64,000 nt of DNA, from NCBI GenBank assembly GCA_947258885.1, contig CAMYKD010000004.1, forward strand, positions 1,447-65,446, in the 5' to 3' direction. A program made the position numbers and the translations under genes. The notes beneath the pieces are model-generated. The model worked only from the letters and a program-made list of their open reading frames with translations. It ran no database searches and was not told the DNA's origin. Of this stretch, positions 43,789 to 58,397 are shown piece by piece (position 1 is the stretch's first letter; each line of letters starts with the position of its first letter). This stretch comes from an uncultured Kiloniellales bacterium. GTDB taxonomy: Bacteria > Pseudomonadota > Alphaproteobacteria > Kiloniellales > JAKSDN01.

Positions 43789-45369
43789 TTACAGGACGGC
43801 GGCGACGGCCACGGCGAGCGCCGCCAGGGCGATCCAAAGCGCCCAACGTGAAACGCCGTCGCCGTTGCGCTCCGTGCCGAAGGCCTTGATCGTCTCCGGG
43901 TGCAGCTTGATGCCGGCCGTTGCCAGGTCGGCGGCGGCCCGCTCCAGGTCGGCCAGCGTCCCCGGCAGGCGCTCGAGCGTGCGTGCGAGGTCCTGGGTCG
44001 CGTCGCGCAGACGGGCCTCCGGGCCGCGGTTCTCGCGCATCCAATCTTCGATCAGCGGTTGGGCGAGCAACCAGATGTTGAGCGTGGGGTCGAGCCGTCG
44101 GCTCACGCCCTCGGCCATCAGCATGTTCTTTTGCAGCAGCAGGAGCTGGGGCTGCACCGGCATGTTGAAGGATTCGGTGAGCTGCAGCAGCTGGGCCAGC
44201 AGGCGCGCGAAGGAGATGTCGTTGAGCGCCCGCCCGAAGATCGGCTCGCAGACCGAGCGCAGCGCCTGGGCGAAGGTGTCGAGCGCCTCGCCCGGCGGCA
44301 GGTAGCCAGCCTCGACGTGCACCTCGGCCAGGCGCCGGTAGTCGCGCGCCAGCGTGGCCAGCAGCATGTCGGCCAGATAGCAGCGCGTCCTGCGGTCGAG
44401 CCGGCCCATGATGCCGAAGTCCACGGCGACGATGTTGCCCTCGCGGTCGACCGACATGTTGCCGGGGTGCTGGTCGCCGTGAAAGAAGCCGTCGCGAAAC
44501 ACCTGCTTGAAGAAGATCGTCGCCGCCTTGGTGAGGACGTCCTCGAGGTCGTGGCCGGCGGCGAGCAGGGCGTCGCGGTCGTCGAGCGGAATGCCGGTGA
44601 GCTGGCCTGCGGTCAACACCCGGCGCGACGAGCGCTGCCAGTCGACCTGCGGCACCCAGTAGCTGGGATCGCCGGCGAAGTTCTCGGCCAGCTCGGAGGC
44701 CGCCGCCGCCTCCATGCGCAGGTCCATCTCGATCCGGACCGTGGCCTCGAAGACGCCGACCACCTCGACCGGCTTGAATCGACGCAGCTTGGGCTGGGCA
44801 TGCTCGGCCAAGGCCGCCAGGGCGTAGAACAGCTCCAGGTCGCGGGCGAAGGCGCGCTCGATACCCGGCCGCAGTACCTTGACCGCGACGTCCTCGCTTG
44901 CCTGACCCTCGGTCGCCGGGGTTACCGCGAAGTGTACCTGGGCGATCGAGGCTGCGGAGACCGGCGTGTCGTCGAAGCTGGAGAAGAGCTCGTCGACCGG
45001 GCGTCCGAGCTCCGCTTCGATGGTGCGCCGCGCCTGCGCGCTGGGAAAGGGCGGCAGACGGTCCTGCAACTCCGAGAGGTCGGCGGCCAACTGCTCGCCC
45101 AGCAGGTCGGCCCGGGTCGACAGGAATTGGCCCAGCTTGATGAAGCTCGGACCGAGCTCGGTCAGCGCCCGGGCCACCTTCTGGCCCGGGCGGCCTTCGG
45201 CCCGGGAGCGCGAAACCAGGCGGGCCAGCCAGACCACGCCCGGTGCGATTCCGGCTTCCTCCAGGGGCGCCAGGGCGTCGTGGCGCGCCAGGCTGCGCGC
45301 GATCGCCAGCAGGCGCCAAGCCAGGCGCAGCGGGCGCAGCAGGCCCGGAGCCAATCCGGCGCGCTCCAT
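43789..45369 (-). CDS. ubiB: Ubiquinone biosynthesis protein kinase-like UbiB
   Basis: 'LGPSFIKLGQFLSTR', 'AASIAQVH', 'VAVKVLRP', 'FFHGDQHPGN', 'DFGIMG'. TGATG coupling to ubiE. Confidence 0.94.
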   Translation of the reverse strand: MERAGLAPGLLRPLRLAWRLLAIARSLARHDALAPLEEAGIAPGVVWLARLVSRSRAEGRPGQKVARALTELGPSFIKLGQFLSTRADLLGEQLAADLSELQDRLPPFPSAQARRTIEAELGRPVDELFSSFDDTPVSAASIAQVHFAVTPATEGQASEDVAVKVLRPGIERAFARDLELFYALAALAEHAQPKLRRFKPVEVVGVFEATVRIEMDLRMEAAAASELAENFAGDPSYWVPQVDWQRSSRRVLTAGQLTGIPLDDRDALLAAGHDLEDVLTKAATIFFKQVFRDGFFHGDQHPGNMSVDREGNIVAVDFGIMGRLDRRTRCYLADMLLATLARDYRRLAEVHVEAGYLPPGEALDTFAQALRSVCEPIFGRALNDISFARLLAQLLQLTESFNMPVQPQLLLLQKNMLMAEGVSRRLDPTLNIWLLAQPLIEDWMRENRGPEARLRDATQDLARTLERLPGTLADLERAAADLATAGIKLHPETIKAFGTERNGDGVSRWALWIALAALAVAVAAVL

Positions 45370-46178
45370 CAAAGGCGCCAGGCCGAATGCAGGGCGGCCA
45401 CGCCGCCGGTCAGGTTGCGGTAGCGCACTTGCTCGAGGCCGGCCGCCCACATCATCGCGGCCAACTCGTCCTGGGCCGGAAACCGGCGAATGCTCTCGAC
45501 CAAATAGCGGTAAGCGTCGCGGTCGCCCGTAACCAGCTCGCCCATGGCCGGCAGCACGTTGAAGGAGTAGAGGTCGTAAAGCCGTGCCAAGACCGGCAGC
45601 ACGACGCGACTGAACTCCAGGCAGAGAAAGCGGCCGCCGGGCCGGAGCACCCGGCGCGCCTCGGCGAGCGCCGGCTCGATCCGGGTCACGTTCCTCAGCC
45701 CGAAGGCGATGGTATAGGCGTCCGTGCAGTGGTCCGGCAGGGGCAGGGCTTCGGCGTTGCCACAGACCCAGTGGATGCCGCTCAGAACGCCCCGGTCGAG
45801 CGCCCGGTCGCGGCCGAGTGCCAGCATGTCGGGCGTCAGGTCGCAGACCACGACCGGCCCGCAGCGCTCCGGGCCGAGCCGCTCGATCACGCGCAGCGCG
45901 ATGTCCCCGGTGCCGCCGGCCACGTCGAGCAAGGACAGCGCCGGGCGCGGGGCGAGCCAGTCGATCATGGCCGCCTTCCACAACCGGTGCACGCCGCCCG
46001 ACATCAGGTCGTTCATGAGATCGTAGCGGTTGGAGACGCTCTCGAAGACGCCGCGCACACGGGGCGCCTTGTCCCTTTCCGCGATCTCCTCGAAGCCGAA
46101 ATGCGTGGTGCCGGCCCGCTCCGGCCGGGCGGCGGAATCGTCGGGCGGCGGGGTGTCGCGGGAGGTCCTGGAGGTCAT
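45369..46178 (-). CDS. ubiE: Ubiquinone/menaquinone C-methyltransferase UbiE
   Basis: 'THFGF', '[17 protein letters not shown]', 'LDVAGGTGD', 'IAFGLRNV', 'YL.ESIR.FP'. Confidence 0.96.
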   Translation of the reverse strand: MTSRTSRDTPPPDDSAARPERAGTTHFGFEEIAERDKAPRVRGVFESVSNRYDLMNDLMSGGVHRLWKAAMIDWLAPRPALSLLDVAGGTGDIALRVIERLGPERCGPVVVCDLTPDMLALGRDRALDRGVLSGIHWVCGNAEALPLPDHCTDAYTIAFGLRNVTRIEPALAEARRVLRPGGRFLCLEFSRVVLPVLARLYDLYSFNVLPAMGELVTGDRDAYRYLVESIRRFPAQDELAAMMWAAGLEQVRYRNLTGGVAALHSAWRL

Positions 46179-46255
46179 GCCCGGACCATAGCGCGCGCCC
46201 CCGGCTCGCGCTATACTGTCTCCCGCTTCTTTCCCGGATTTTTGCCCCGATATCC

Positions 46256-47098
46256 ATGCCCGAGCTGCCCGAAGTCGAGACCGTTGTGCGCGGCCTGCGC
46301 CCCAAGCTGGAGGGGCGCGTGCTGGCCGAGGTCGATCAGCGCTGCGAGCGCTTGCGCTTTCCTTTGCCGGCCGACTTCGCCGCACGCCTGCGGGGGCGCC
46401 GGGTGCTGTCCATCGCCCGGCGCGCCAAGTACATTCTGGTGCATCTCGAGGGCGGCGAGGTGCTGCTCTGCCACCTCGGCATGTCCGGGCGCATGGTGCT
46501 GGCCAACGGCCCGGACCGGCCGCTCGAGCGGCACGATCACGTCGTCTTCACCACCGAGGCGGGCGACCAGATCCGGTTCAACGACGCGCGCCGCTTCGGT
46601 GTCATGGATCTGGTCGAGGAAGGGCGCCTATGGCAGCACAGCCTGCTCCGCGACCTGGGCCCCGAGCCGCTGGGCAACGCCTTCAACGGTCCGGCGCTGG
46701 CTGCCGCGCTCGACGGCAGGCGGACGCCGATCAAGGCGGCGCTGCTCGACCAGAGGGTGGTGGCCGGCCTCGGCAACATCTATGCCTGCGAGGCGCTCTA
46801 CTTCGCCGGGCTGTCGCCCCGGCGCCTGGCCCGTACGGTGCGGGGCGGACGGGTCGAACGCCTGGTCGCGGCCATCCGCGATGTGCTGAACCGGGCGATC
46901 GCGGCCGGCGGATCGAGCCTGCGCGACTATGTGCAGGCGGATGGCGAGCTGGGCTACTTCCAGCACCACTGGGCGGTCTACGGCCATGCAGGGGAGGCCT
47001 GTCCGGACTGCGACTGCGATCCGGCCGAAAGTGGCGGCATCCGCCGGCTGGTCCAGTCGAACCGCTCGACTTTCTATTGTCCGAGGCGCCAGCGGTGA
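46256..47098 (+). CDS. mutM: Formamidopyrimidine-DNA glycosylase
   Basis: 'MPELPEVET', 'RRAKY', 'HLGMSG', '[14 protein letters not shown]', C-terminal zinc finger variant. Confidence 0.96.
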   Translation: MPELPEVETVVRGLRPKLEGRVLAEVDQRCERLRFPLPADFAARLRGRRVLSIARRAKYILVHLEGGEVLLCHLGMSGRMVLANGPDRPLERHDHVVFTTEAGDQIRFNDARRFGVMDLVEEGRLWQHSLLRDLGPEPLGNAFNGPALAAALDGRRTPIKAALLDQRVVAGLGNIYACEALYFAGLSPRRLARTVRGGRVERLVAAIRDVLNRAIAAGGSSLRDYVQADGELGYFQHHWAVYGHAGEACPDCDCDPAESGGIRRLVQSNRSTFYCPRRQR

Positions 47099-47113
47099 GG
47101 TAGGTAGAGCCGT

Positions 47114-47497
47114 ATGCCGACCGGAAGACACCGCACATTCCTGTTCGCTGCCCTGATCGCCGCGCTGGCCCTGGCCGGTCCCGCCGCGCCGGGGCCGCGC
47201 GCCCAGGCCCAGGGCTACGTCGCCGAGGTCGAGGACCTGCCCTTGATGCCCGGCTTGGCCGAGGTCGAGGGCGCCGGCGTCGTATTCGACAAGCCGGACG
47301 GGCGCATCGTCGAGGCCTATGCCCAGGGCCGGGTTACGCGCGAGGCGGTGTTGGCCTTCTATCGTCAGGCGTTGCCGCAGCTCGGCTGGCGGGCGGCCGG
47401 CGGCGCGGCGTTCCGGCGCGAGGGCGAAACCCTGTCCCTGGATTTCCTGGACGGCGGCGGTGCGCTCGTCGTGCGCTTCACCCTGGTACCGCGATAG
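47114..47497 (+). CDS. Uncharacterised small exported protein
   Basis: Signal peptide (AQA cleavage) and protein-like composition ('EDLPLMPGL', '[10 protein letters not shown]', '[11 protein letters not shown]'). Fills the mutM-ech gap. Confidence 0.7.
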   Translation: MPTGRHRTFLFAALIAALALAGPAAPGPRAQAQGYVAEVEDLPLMPGLAEVEGAGVVFDKPDGRIVEAYAQGRVTREAVLAFYRQALPQLGWRAAGGAAFRREGETLSLDFLDGGGALVVRFTLVPR

Positions 47498-47541
47498 CGG
47501 CACGGGGTACATCAAATCGACATTTGGAGGACCGACGGCAC

Positions 47542-48318
47542 ATGACGTACGAGAACATCCTGGTTGAAACCCGCGACGGGGTCGGCGTGATCACGCTCGA
47601 CCGGCCGCAGGCGCTCAACGCGCTCTGTGCCGCACTGATCGACGAGCTGGCTCAGGCGCTCGACGCCTTCGAGGCCGACGACGGCATCGGCTGCATCCTG
47701 CTGACCGGCTCGGACAAGGCCTTTGCCGCCGGCGCCGACATCAAGGAGATGCAGGATAAGACCTTCATGCAGGTCTACCTCCAGGACTTTATCACCAAGG
47801 GCTGGGAGCGCCTGGCCGAGACGCGCAAGCCGGTGATTGCCGCGGTGGCCGGTTACGCGCTGGGCGGCGGCTGCGAGATTGCCATGATGTGCGACATGAT
47901 CATCGCCGCCGACAACGCCATGTTCGGCCAACCGGAGATCACGCTCGGAACCATACCGGGCTCGGGCGGTACCCAGCGGCTGACCCGTTCCGTCGGCAAG
48001 GCCAAGGCCATGGACCTCTGTCTCACCGGGCGCATGATGGATGCCGAGGAGGCCGAACGCGCCGGACTGGTCGCGCGGGTCGTACCGGCGGCCAAGCTGA
48101 TGGACGAGGCCATGAAGGCGGCTGCCAAGGTGGCCTCGCTGTCGCGGCCGGCGGTCTTGATGGCCAAGGAAGCGGTCAACCGGGCCTACGAAACGACCCT
48201 GGCCGAGGGCATCAGGTTCGAGCGCCGGATGTTCCACGCTTCTTTCGCAATGGAAGACCGCAAGGAGGGCATGGAGGCCTTTGTCGAGAAGCGCAAGCCG
48301 GCGTGGAAGAATCGCTGA
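47542..48318 (+). CDS. Enoyl-CoA hydratase (crotonase)
   Basis: 'LNAL', '[11 protein letters not shown]', 'GYALGGGCE', 'FGQPE', 'GGTQRL', '[10 protein letters not shown]'. GGAGG RBS. Confidence 0.95.
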   Translation: MTYENILVETRDGVGVITLDRPQALNALCAALIDELAQALDAFEADDGIGCILLTGSDKAFAAGADIKEMQDKTFMQVYLQDFITKGWERLAETRKPVIAAVAGYALGGGCEIAMMCDMIIAADNAMFGQPEITLGTIPGSGGTQRLTRSVGKAKAMDLCLTGRMMDAEEAERAGLVARVVPAAKLMDEAMKAAAKVASLSRPAVLMAKEAVNRAYETTLAEGIRFERRMFHASFAMEDRKEGMEAFVEKRKPAWKNR

Positions 48319-48362
48319 AAAGAGGCCGGTTCCGGGGCCGCCGGGCGGTGCGTTCGCACCGC

Positions 48363-48391
48363 TTGACGGCACCCCGCCCCGGGGCTATAAC
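48363..48391 (+). promoter_or_regulatory. sigma70 promoter of rpsT
   Basis: TTGACG-N17-TATAAC, ending 44 bp upstream of the rpsT ATG. Confidence 0.7.
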
Positions 48392-48435
48392 CCCGGCCTT
48401 CCGTATGACAATTCTCATAGAGCAGGTCGACAAAC

Positions 48436-48699
48436 ATGGCGCACCATAAATCCGCTAAAAAGCGGATCCGGCGGAATGAACGCCGCGCCGAGATCAACCG
48501 GTCGAGGATCAGCCGGATCCGCACCTTCGTGAAGAAGGTCGAAGTGGCGATCTCGGGCGGCGACAAGACGGCGGCCGAGACCGCGTTGCGCGCGGCGCAG
48601 CCTGAGATGCACCGTGGCGTCTCCAAGGGCGTGCTCCACCGCAACACCGTTGGTCGGAAACTCTCGCGCCTTTCCGCCCGGATCAAGGCGATCGGCTGA
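48436..48699 (+). CDS. rpsT: 30S ribosomal protein S20
   Basis: '[12 protein letters not shown]', 'RTFVKKVE', '[13 protein letters not shown]'. Confidence 0.97.
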   Translation: MAHHKSAKKRIRRNERRAEINRSRISRIRTFVKKVEVAISGGDKTAAETALRAAQPEMHRGVSKGVLHRNTVGRKLSRLSARIKAIG

Positions 48700-48973
48700 T
48701 CGGCCTTCGTGCCGCCGCCTCGCTGCCGCAATATCGTTACGCATCGCGCTCCGGTCGGGGCGCGATTTTGCGTGGGCCGGTCGCGCGGTGCCGCCGCCGC
48801 GCCTGGCGGGCCGAAAAACCCGAGAAAAATTCTGCGTTCCCCTTTCGGACCCATTGCCAAGGGAGGCCCCGAAAGGTACATTAACCACGTCGGCGCGCGG
48901 GGCAGATGACAAGTAAAGCCCTATATACAAAAAGAAAACCAGAAGAAAACCCCCCATTCGGACGCACGGCAAC

Positions 48974-48988
48974 TTAATCGTCATTTAA
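48974..48988. promoter_or_regulatory. CtrA-binding site candidate upstream of dnaA
   Basis: Exact TTAA-N7-TTAA (TTAAtcgtcatTTAA) in the AT-rich rpsT-dnaA spacer. Confidence 0.6.
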
Positions 48989-49274
48989 TGTTCGTCTGGA
49001 GGCAAACAGGAGGGTAGCAACTTCCATTATAATTTGCTATGCTAATTTCGAAGTGTTCGATCCGGGGGGCGCTCGAATACTTTAAGCCGTCGAAGACGGG
49101 GTCCTTGTTTTAGAGAGGTTGCGTTCCGTGAGCCATGCCTGTAATTGCGCAGTGTCCGAAAGGGTTTGTCGGGGCGCGGACAGGGGGCAAGCAGTTCGTA
49201 CGACATCGTGTCGCTTGCGCGCAGCGATCTTTTCCGGCGTCCGTATCTGCCGTTTCTGGTGAGAGTTTAAGGGC

Positions 49275-50705
49275 ATGCAAATCGGGCATCTCGATTCCTA
49301 CACGAGCGAACAGTGGGCGCGGGTACGCGGTCGGTTGCGGACCGAAGTCGGCGAAGCTGCCTTCCGCAGCTGGCTGAAGCCGCTCACCTTGGTGGGCGCC
49401 AAGGATGGCGTCGTTCGCATGGCGGTGCCGACGCGCTTCATGCGCGACTGGGTGCGCAGCAATTACGCGGAGCGAATCTTCGCTCTTTGGGGCGACGAGA
49501 ACGACGTGGTCAGCAAGGTCGAGATCGTGGTTCAGCCGCCGATCCGGCCCGATCCGAAGCCGGGATCGGACGGCGAGGCCTGTGTCGAGGCCGGCCCGCG
49601 CGCCAGGAGGGTCGCCAGGGCCCCGTCCAAATCCGGCGACGACGGCTTGTACGACGGCAAGGCCTCGGATGGGCGGCGCGAAATCAGCGCGCCACTCGAT
49701 CCAAGGTTCACCTTCGAGAATTTCGTTGTCGGCAAGCCGAACGAGCTGGCCTACGCCGCGGCCAGACGGATCGCGGAGGCCAAGACCGTGCCCTTCAATC
49801 CGCTGTTCCTCTACGGCGGGGTCGGGCTCGGCAAGACCCATCTCATGCACGCGATCGCCTGGAACATCAGGAAGCGCACGCCCGAGCGCCGGATCATCTA
49901 CCTTTCGGCCGAGAAGTTCATGTACCAGTTCGTCCGGGCGCTTAGAACCAAGGACACCATGGCCTTCAAGGAGCAGTTCCGCTCGGTCGATGTGCTGATG
50001 ATCGACGACGTGCAGTTCATCGGCGGGCGGGAGGCGACCCAGGAAGAGTTCTTCCACACCTTCAATGCCCTGGTCGACCAGAACCGCCAAGTGGTCATTT
50101 CGGCCGACAAGAGCCCGACGGACCTCGAGGGGGTCGAGGAGCGCATGCGTTCGCGCCTCGGCTGGGGTCTTGTTGCGGACATACACCCCACCACCTACGA
50201 GTTGCGCCTCGGCATCCTGCAGGCCAAGGCGGAACAGATGGCCGCCGAAATTCCCGGCAAAGTCCTTGAGTTTCTGGCCCACAAGATCACGTCCAACGTG
50301 CGCGAGCTGGAGGGTGCGCTCAACCGCATCGTGGCTCACGGCACCCTGGTCGGCCGTTCGATCACCCTCGAGACGACCCAGGAGGTGCTGCACGATCTGC
50401 TGCGCGCCAACGACCGGCGGGTCACCATCGAGGAGATCCAAAAGCGCGTCGCCGAGCACTACAACGTGCGCGTCGCCGACATGCATTCGGCCCGGCGCGC
50501 GCGCGCCGTGGCCCGGCCGCGTCAGGTGGCGATGTACCTCTCCAAGCAGTTGACCACGCGGTCCCTGCCCGAGATCGGACGGAAGTTCGGCGGCCGCGAC
50601 CACACGACCGTGATGCACGCGGTGCGCAGGATCGAGGAGCTAAAGGCGACCGACAACGGGTTTGCCGAGGACGTCGAGCTACTGCGCCGCATGCTTGAGG
50701 GTTGA
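49275..50705 (+). CDS. dnaA: Chromosomal replication initiator DnaA
   Basis: '[10 protein letters not shown]', '[17 protein letters not shown]', 'IDDVQF', 'RELEGAL', 'RQVAMYL...[15 protein letters not shown]'. Confidence 0.98.
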   Translation: MQIGHLDSYTSEQWARVRGRLRTEVGEAAFRSWLKPLTLVGAKDGVVRMAVPTRFMRDWVRSNYAERIFALWGDENDVVSKVEIVVQPPIRPDPKPGSDGEACVEAGPRARRVARAPSKSGDDGLYDGKASDGRREISAPLDPRFTFENFVVGKPNELAYAAARRIAEAKTVPFNPLFLYGGVGLGKTHLMHAIAWNIRKRTPERRIIYLSAEKFMYQFVRALRTKDTMAFKEQFRSVDVLMIDDVQFIGGREATQEEFFHTFNALVDQNRQVVISADKSPTDLEGVEERMRSRLGWGLVADIHPTTYELRLGILQAKAEQMAAEIPGKVLEFLAHKITSNVRELEGALNRIVAHGTLVGRSITLETTQEVLHDLLRANDRRVTIEEIQKRVAEHYNVRVADMHSARRARAVARPRQVAMYLSKQLTTRSLPEIGRKFGGRDHTTVMHAVRRIEELKATDNGFAEDVELLRRMLEG

Positions 50706-50962
50706 ACCGCGGCGGTCCGCCGGCCGAAGGCCCCTAAAAGGGGCCCATAAGGCGGCCTTGAACGGTCGCGCGGGGCGGCTTTAAAGCTTACCTTCCGCGG
50801 GGACGGCTGCTATACTGCGCAACCGTGTCGCGGAGCCTCGATTCGCGTGATTCTCCTGGCGGTGCGGTGGTTGTCGAATGGCCCGATTCACGGGCGCTTT
50901 TCGGCCGTAAATCGGTCGGTTGTCGATGGACTGCACATACCCGAAATTAGCCCCAGAGAATC

Positions 50963-52081
50963 ATGAAGCTGACGATTGAACGCGCGGCGCTCCTCAAGTC
51001 ACTGGCCCACGTGCAGAGCGTTGTGGAACGCCGCAACACCATACCGATCCTGGCCAACGTTCTGGTCGAGGCGGGTGACGGTCGGCTCGAGCTGACCGCG
51101 ACCGACATGGACCTCACCATCGTCGAGCAGGCGACTGCCGAGGTGGCTGCGCCGGGCGCGACGACAGCACCGGCGCACACGCTTTACGATATCGTGCGCA
51201 AGCTGCCCGACGGCGCCCAGGTCCAGCTTGCGGCGAGCGGCGAAGCCGGTCAGTTGAAGCTGAGCTCCGGCCGTTCGACCTTCACGCTGGCTACGTTGCC
51301 GAAGGAGGATTTTCCGACGTCCGGCGCGGAGGACTTGCCGCAGAGCTTTGCCTTGGCGGCCGGCGAGATCAAGAACCTGATCGATCGCACGCGCTTTGCG
51401 ATTTCGACCGAGGAGACGCGCTATTACTTGAACGGCATCTATCTGCACGGCGCCGAGGACGGGGCGCCGCCGCTGCTGCGCGCCGTGGCGACCGACGGCC
51501 ACAGGCTGGCCCGTTTCGAGATGCCGCTGCCGGAAGGGGCCCAGGGTATGCCGGGCGTCATCGTGCCGCGCAAGACCGTGGGCGAGTTGCGCAAGTTGAT
51601 CGAGGAGAGCGACCAGGGCGTGCAGGTTTCGCTGTCGGATACCAAGGTTCGTTTCGCCTTCGATTCCACAGAGCTCACGTCCAAGCTGATCGACGGCACC
51701 TTCCCGGACTACGAGCGCGTCATCCCCGCGGGCAACGACAAGATCATGGGGGTCGATCGCCGAACCTTCTCCGCCGCCGTGGACCGGGTGTCGACTATTT
51801 CGACCGAGAAGAGCCGGGCGGTCAAGCTGTCGCTTGGCGACGGCAGCCTGACCTTGTCGGCGACCAGTCCGGAGAGCGGCAGCGCCGTCGAGGAGATCGA
51901 GGTCAACTATGGCGGCGAGCCGTTGGAAATCGGTTTCAACTCGCGCTACCTGCTGGACATCGCCCAACAGATCGAGGGCGACAAGGCCGAGTTTGCGTTG
52001 TCCGACGCGGCCTCGCCGACGATCGTGCGCGACGTCGAAGATGCGAGCGCGCTCTACGTGCTCATGCCCATGCGGGTATGA
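50963..52081 (+). CDS. dnaN: DNA polymerase III beta sliding clamp
   Basis: 'RNTIPILANV', 'ATDMD', 'TRYYLNG', 'ATDGHRL', 'FPDYERVIP', 'VLMPMRV'. Confidence 0.98.
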   Translation: MKLTIERAALLKSLAHVQSVVERRNTIPILANVLVEAGDGRLELTATDMDLTIVEQATAEVAAPGATTAPAHTLYDIVRKLPDGAQVQLAASGEAGQLKLSSGRSTFTLATLPKEDFPTSGAEDLPQSFALAAGEIKNLIDRTRFAISTEETRYYLNGIYLHGAEDGAPPLLRAVATDGHRLARFEMPLPEGAQGMPGVIVPRKTVGELRKLIEESDQGVQVSLSDTKVRFAFDSTELTSKLIDGTFPDYERVIPAGNDKIMGVDRRTFSAAVDRVSTISTEKSRAVKLSLGDGSLTLSATSPESGSAVEEIEVNYGGEPLEIGFNSRYLLDIAQQIEGDKAEFALSDAASPTIVRDVEDASALYVLMPMRV

Positions 52082-52103
52082 GTCAGCTTGAGTCGCCTGA
52101 CGA

Positions 52104-56322
<4,219 letters not shown>

Positions 56323-56429
56323 GGGCGCATTAACTAAGCCAAGGCCCGGCCCCGGCGCAACCGCTCAGAATTCGCCGAGGCCGCCGGGAAACATGGCAAG
56401 CGGGCGTCAGACCGCCTAAATAGAGTTGC

Positions 56430-58394
56430 ATGCTGCGCCGCAATCGAAAAGCCAAGATCCGCTGGAAATCGACCTCCGCCAGGCCCCTCGAGAAGCGGGG
56501 CTGGCTCTGGCGCTTGGCGAACTGGAGCCTAGTCGCGGCGATCTGGGGCGGGGTGGCCCTGGCGCTCGCCGTGGGCTGGTACGCCTACGATCTGCCCGAA
56601 GTCACCAGCATTGCCAAGACCGGCCGGCAGCCCAGCATCACGATGATCGCCGCCGACGGCAGCCAGATCGCCGCGGTCGGTGACGTGCACGGCAAGACGA
56701 TCGGCCTGCACGAGGTGCCGCCGGCCCTGAGGCAGGCGCTGATCGCCGTCGAGGACCGGCGGTTCTACGAGCACCTCGGGGTCGACCCGAGAGGCCTGGC
56801 CCGGGCGATGCTGGCCAACCTGCGCGCCGGACGGATCGTTCAGGGCGGCTCCACGATCACCCAGCAGCTCGCCAAGAACCTGTTCCTGAACCCCGACCGC
56901 ACGATCCGGCGCAAGGTCCAGGAGCTGCTGCTCGCCTTCTGGCTCGAGCGCAAGTTCACCAAGGACCAGATCCTGACCCTCTACCTGAACCGGGTCTATT
57001 TCGGGGCCGGCAACTACGGCGTCGACGCCGCCGCGCGGCGCTATTTCAGCAAGCCCGTCCAGGACCTGAGCCTCTACGAGTCGGCGCTGCTCGCCGGGCT
57101 GCTCAAGGCCCCCTCGCGCTACAATCCGGCGCGCAATTCCGGCGGCGCAGATCTGCGCACGCAGCTGGTGCTGGGCGCCATGGTGGACGCGGGCTTCATT
57201 TCGACCGCCGAGGCCGAGGCGGCGCTGAAGGAGAAGAGCAGCAGCCGAGTGCTCGCCATCGGGCAGGCACGCTACTTTACCGACTGGGTGCTCAACCAAG
57301 TGACCGGCTACGTGGGCCAGACCGCCCGGGACCTGGTCATCGTGACCACGCTCGATCCCCGCCTGCAGCAGATCGCGGAGAAGGAGCTGGTCGGTTTGCT
57401 CGACGGTCCCGGAAGCGAGCTCGGGGCGGGCCAGGCCGCCTTCGTGGCCCTCACCCCCGGCGGGGCCGTGCGCGCCATGGTCGGCGGTCGCGATTACGGC
57501 GAAAGCCAGTTCAACCGGGCGGTCCAGGCGTTACGCCAGCCGGGCTCCGCCTTCAAGGCCTTCACCTACCTGGCGGCTTTCGAGAAGGGCCTGGACCCGA
57601 AGGACCGCTTGGTCGATTCGCCGGTCGAGGTCGATGGATGGGCGCCCAGGAACTACAACGACCGCTATTACGGCGAGGTCACGCTGCGCGAGGCTTTCGC
57701 CCGCTCGCTCAACTCGGTCGCCGTGAAAGTGCTGCAGAAGGTCGGGCCCGAGACGGTTGCGGCCACCGCCCGACGCCTCGGCATCACTTCGGAACTCGAG
57801 GCCACGCCCAGCATTGCCCTCGGCACGTCCGAGGTGACGCTCCTGGAGCTGACCGCGGCTTACGCCGTATTTGCCAATCGGGGCTCGGGCGTCTGGCCCC
57901 ATGCGATCTCGGAAATCCGCGAGGCCTCCGGCCGCGTCCTCTACCGGCGATCCGGCGACGGTCCCGGCCAAGTGGTCGCGCCCGAGGCGGTCGACCAGAT
58001 GGCCGATCTCATGAGCGCGACGGTCGAATGGGGCAGCGGCAAGGCCGCCCGGCAGAAGAGGCCCGCGGCCGGCAAGACCGGAACCAGCCAGGAATTCCGC
58101 GATGCCTGGTTCGTCGGCTATACTGCCGACCTGGTGGCCGGTGCCTGGTTCGGCAACGACGACGAGACGCCGATGAACAACGTGACCGGCGGCAACCTCC
58201 CGGCGCGGCTGTGGGGCCGGGTCATGGCCCGGGGCTTGGCGGGCGTGCCGGCCAGCCCGCTGCCCGGCGGCGACGTGGTGGTCGCCGAGAACGAAGGCGG
58301 CCTCATCTCCCGCATTCTGCGCCGCCTGGGCGGCGGCACGGAGACGCAAGGAACCCGGCCCTGGGACAGGCGCAACCGCGTCGACGATCGCTAG
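56430..58394 (+). CDS. Class A penicillin-binding protein (PBP1A family)
   Basis: N-terminal TM; transglycosylase 'EDRRFYEH' and 'GGSTITQQLAK'; transpeptidase 'SAFK', 'SLN', 'KTGT'. Confidence 0.94.
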   Translation: MLRRNRKAKIRWKSTSARPLEKRGWLWRLANWSLVAAIWGGVALALAVGWYAYDLPEVTSIAKTGRQPSITMIAADGSQIAAVGDVHGKTIGLHEVPPALRQALIAVEDRRFYEHLGVDPRGLARAMLANLRAGRIVQGGSTITQQLAKNLFLNPDRTIRRKVQELLLAFWLERKFTKDQILTLYLNRVYFGAGNYGVDAAARRYFSKPVQDLSLYESALLAGLLKAPSRYNPARNSGGADLRTQLVLGAMVDAGFISTAEAEAALKEKSSSRVLAIGQARYFTDWVLNQVTGYVGQTARDLVIVTTLDPRLQQIAEKELVGLLDGPGSELGAGQAAFVALTPGGAVRAMVGGRDYGESQFNRAVQALRQPGSAFKAFTYLAAFEKGLDPKDRLVDSPVEVDGWAPRNYNDRYYGEVTLREAFARSLNSVAVKVLQKVGPETVAATARRLGITSELEATPSIALGTSEVTLLELTAAYAVFANRGSGVWPHAISEIREASGRVLYRRSGDGPGQVVAPEAVDQMADLMSATVEWGSGKAARQKRPAAGKTGTSQEFRDAWFVGYTADLVAGAWFGNDDETPMNNVTGGNLPARLWGRVMARGLAGVPASPLPGGDVVVAENEGGLISRILRRLGGGTETQGTRPWDRRNRVDDR

Positions 58395-58397
58395 GCC

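Noticed and set aside
43789-46305. Apparent 838-aa extended UbiB; similarly the 441-aa dut and 383-aa corC ORFs
   Set aside because: The extensions are alternative frames overlapping upstream genes. The real starts are at stop/start overlaps (45369, 42482, 11759).
48700-49274. oriC next to dnaA
   Set aside because: No DnaA boxes were seen, and alphaproteobacterial origins are often unlinked from dnaA. Kept only as a regulatory finding.
50729-50745. GGCCCCT-AAA-AGGGGCC hairpin after dnaA as a terminator
   Set aside because: Short stem with no U tract; too weak to call.
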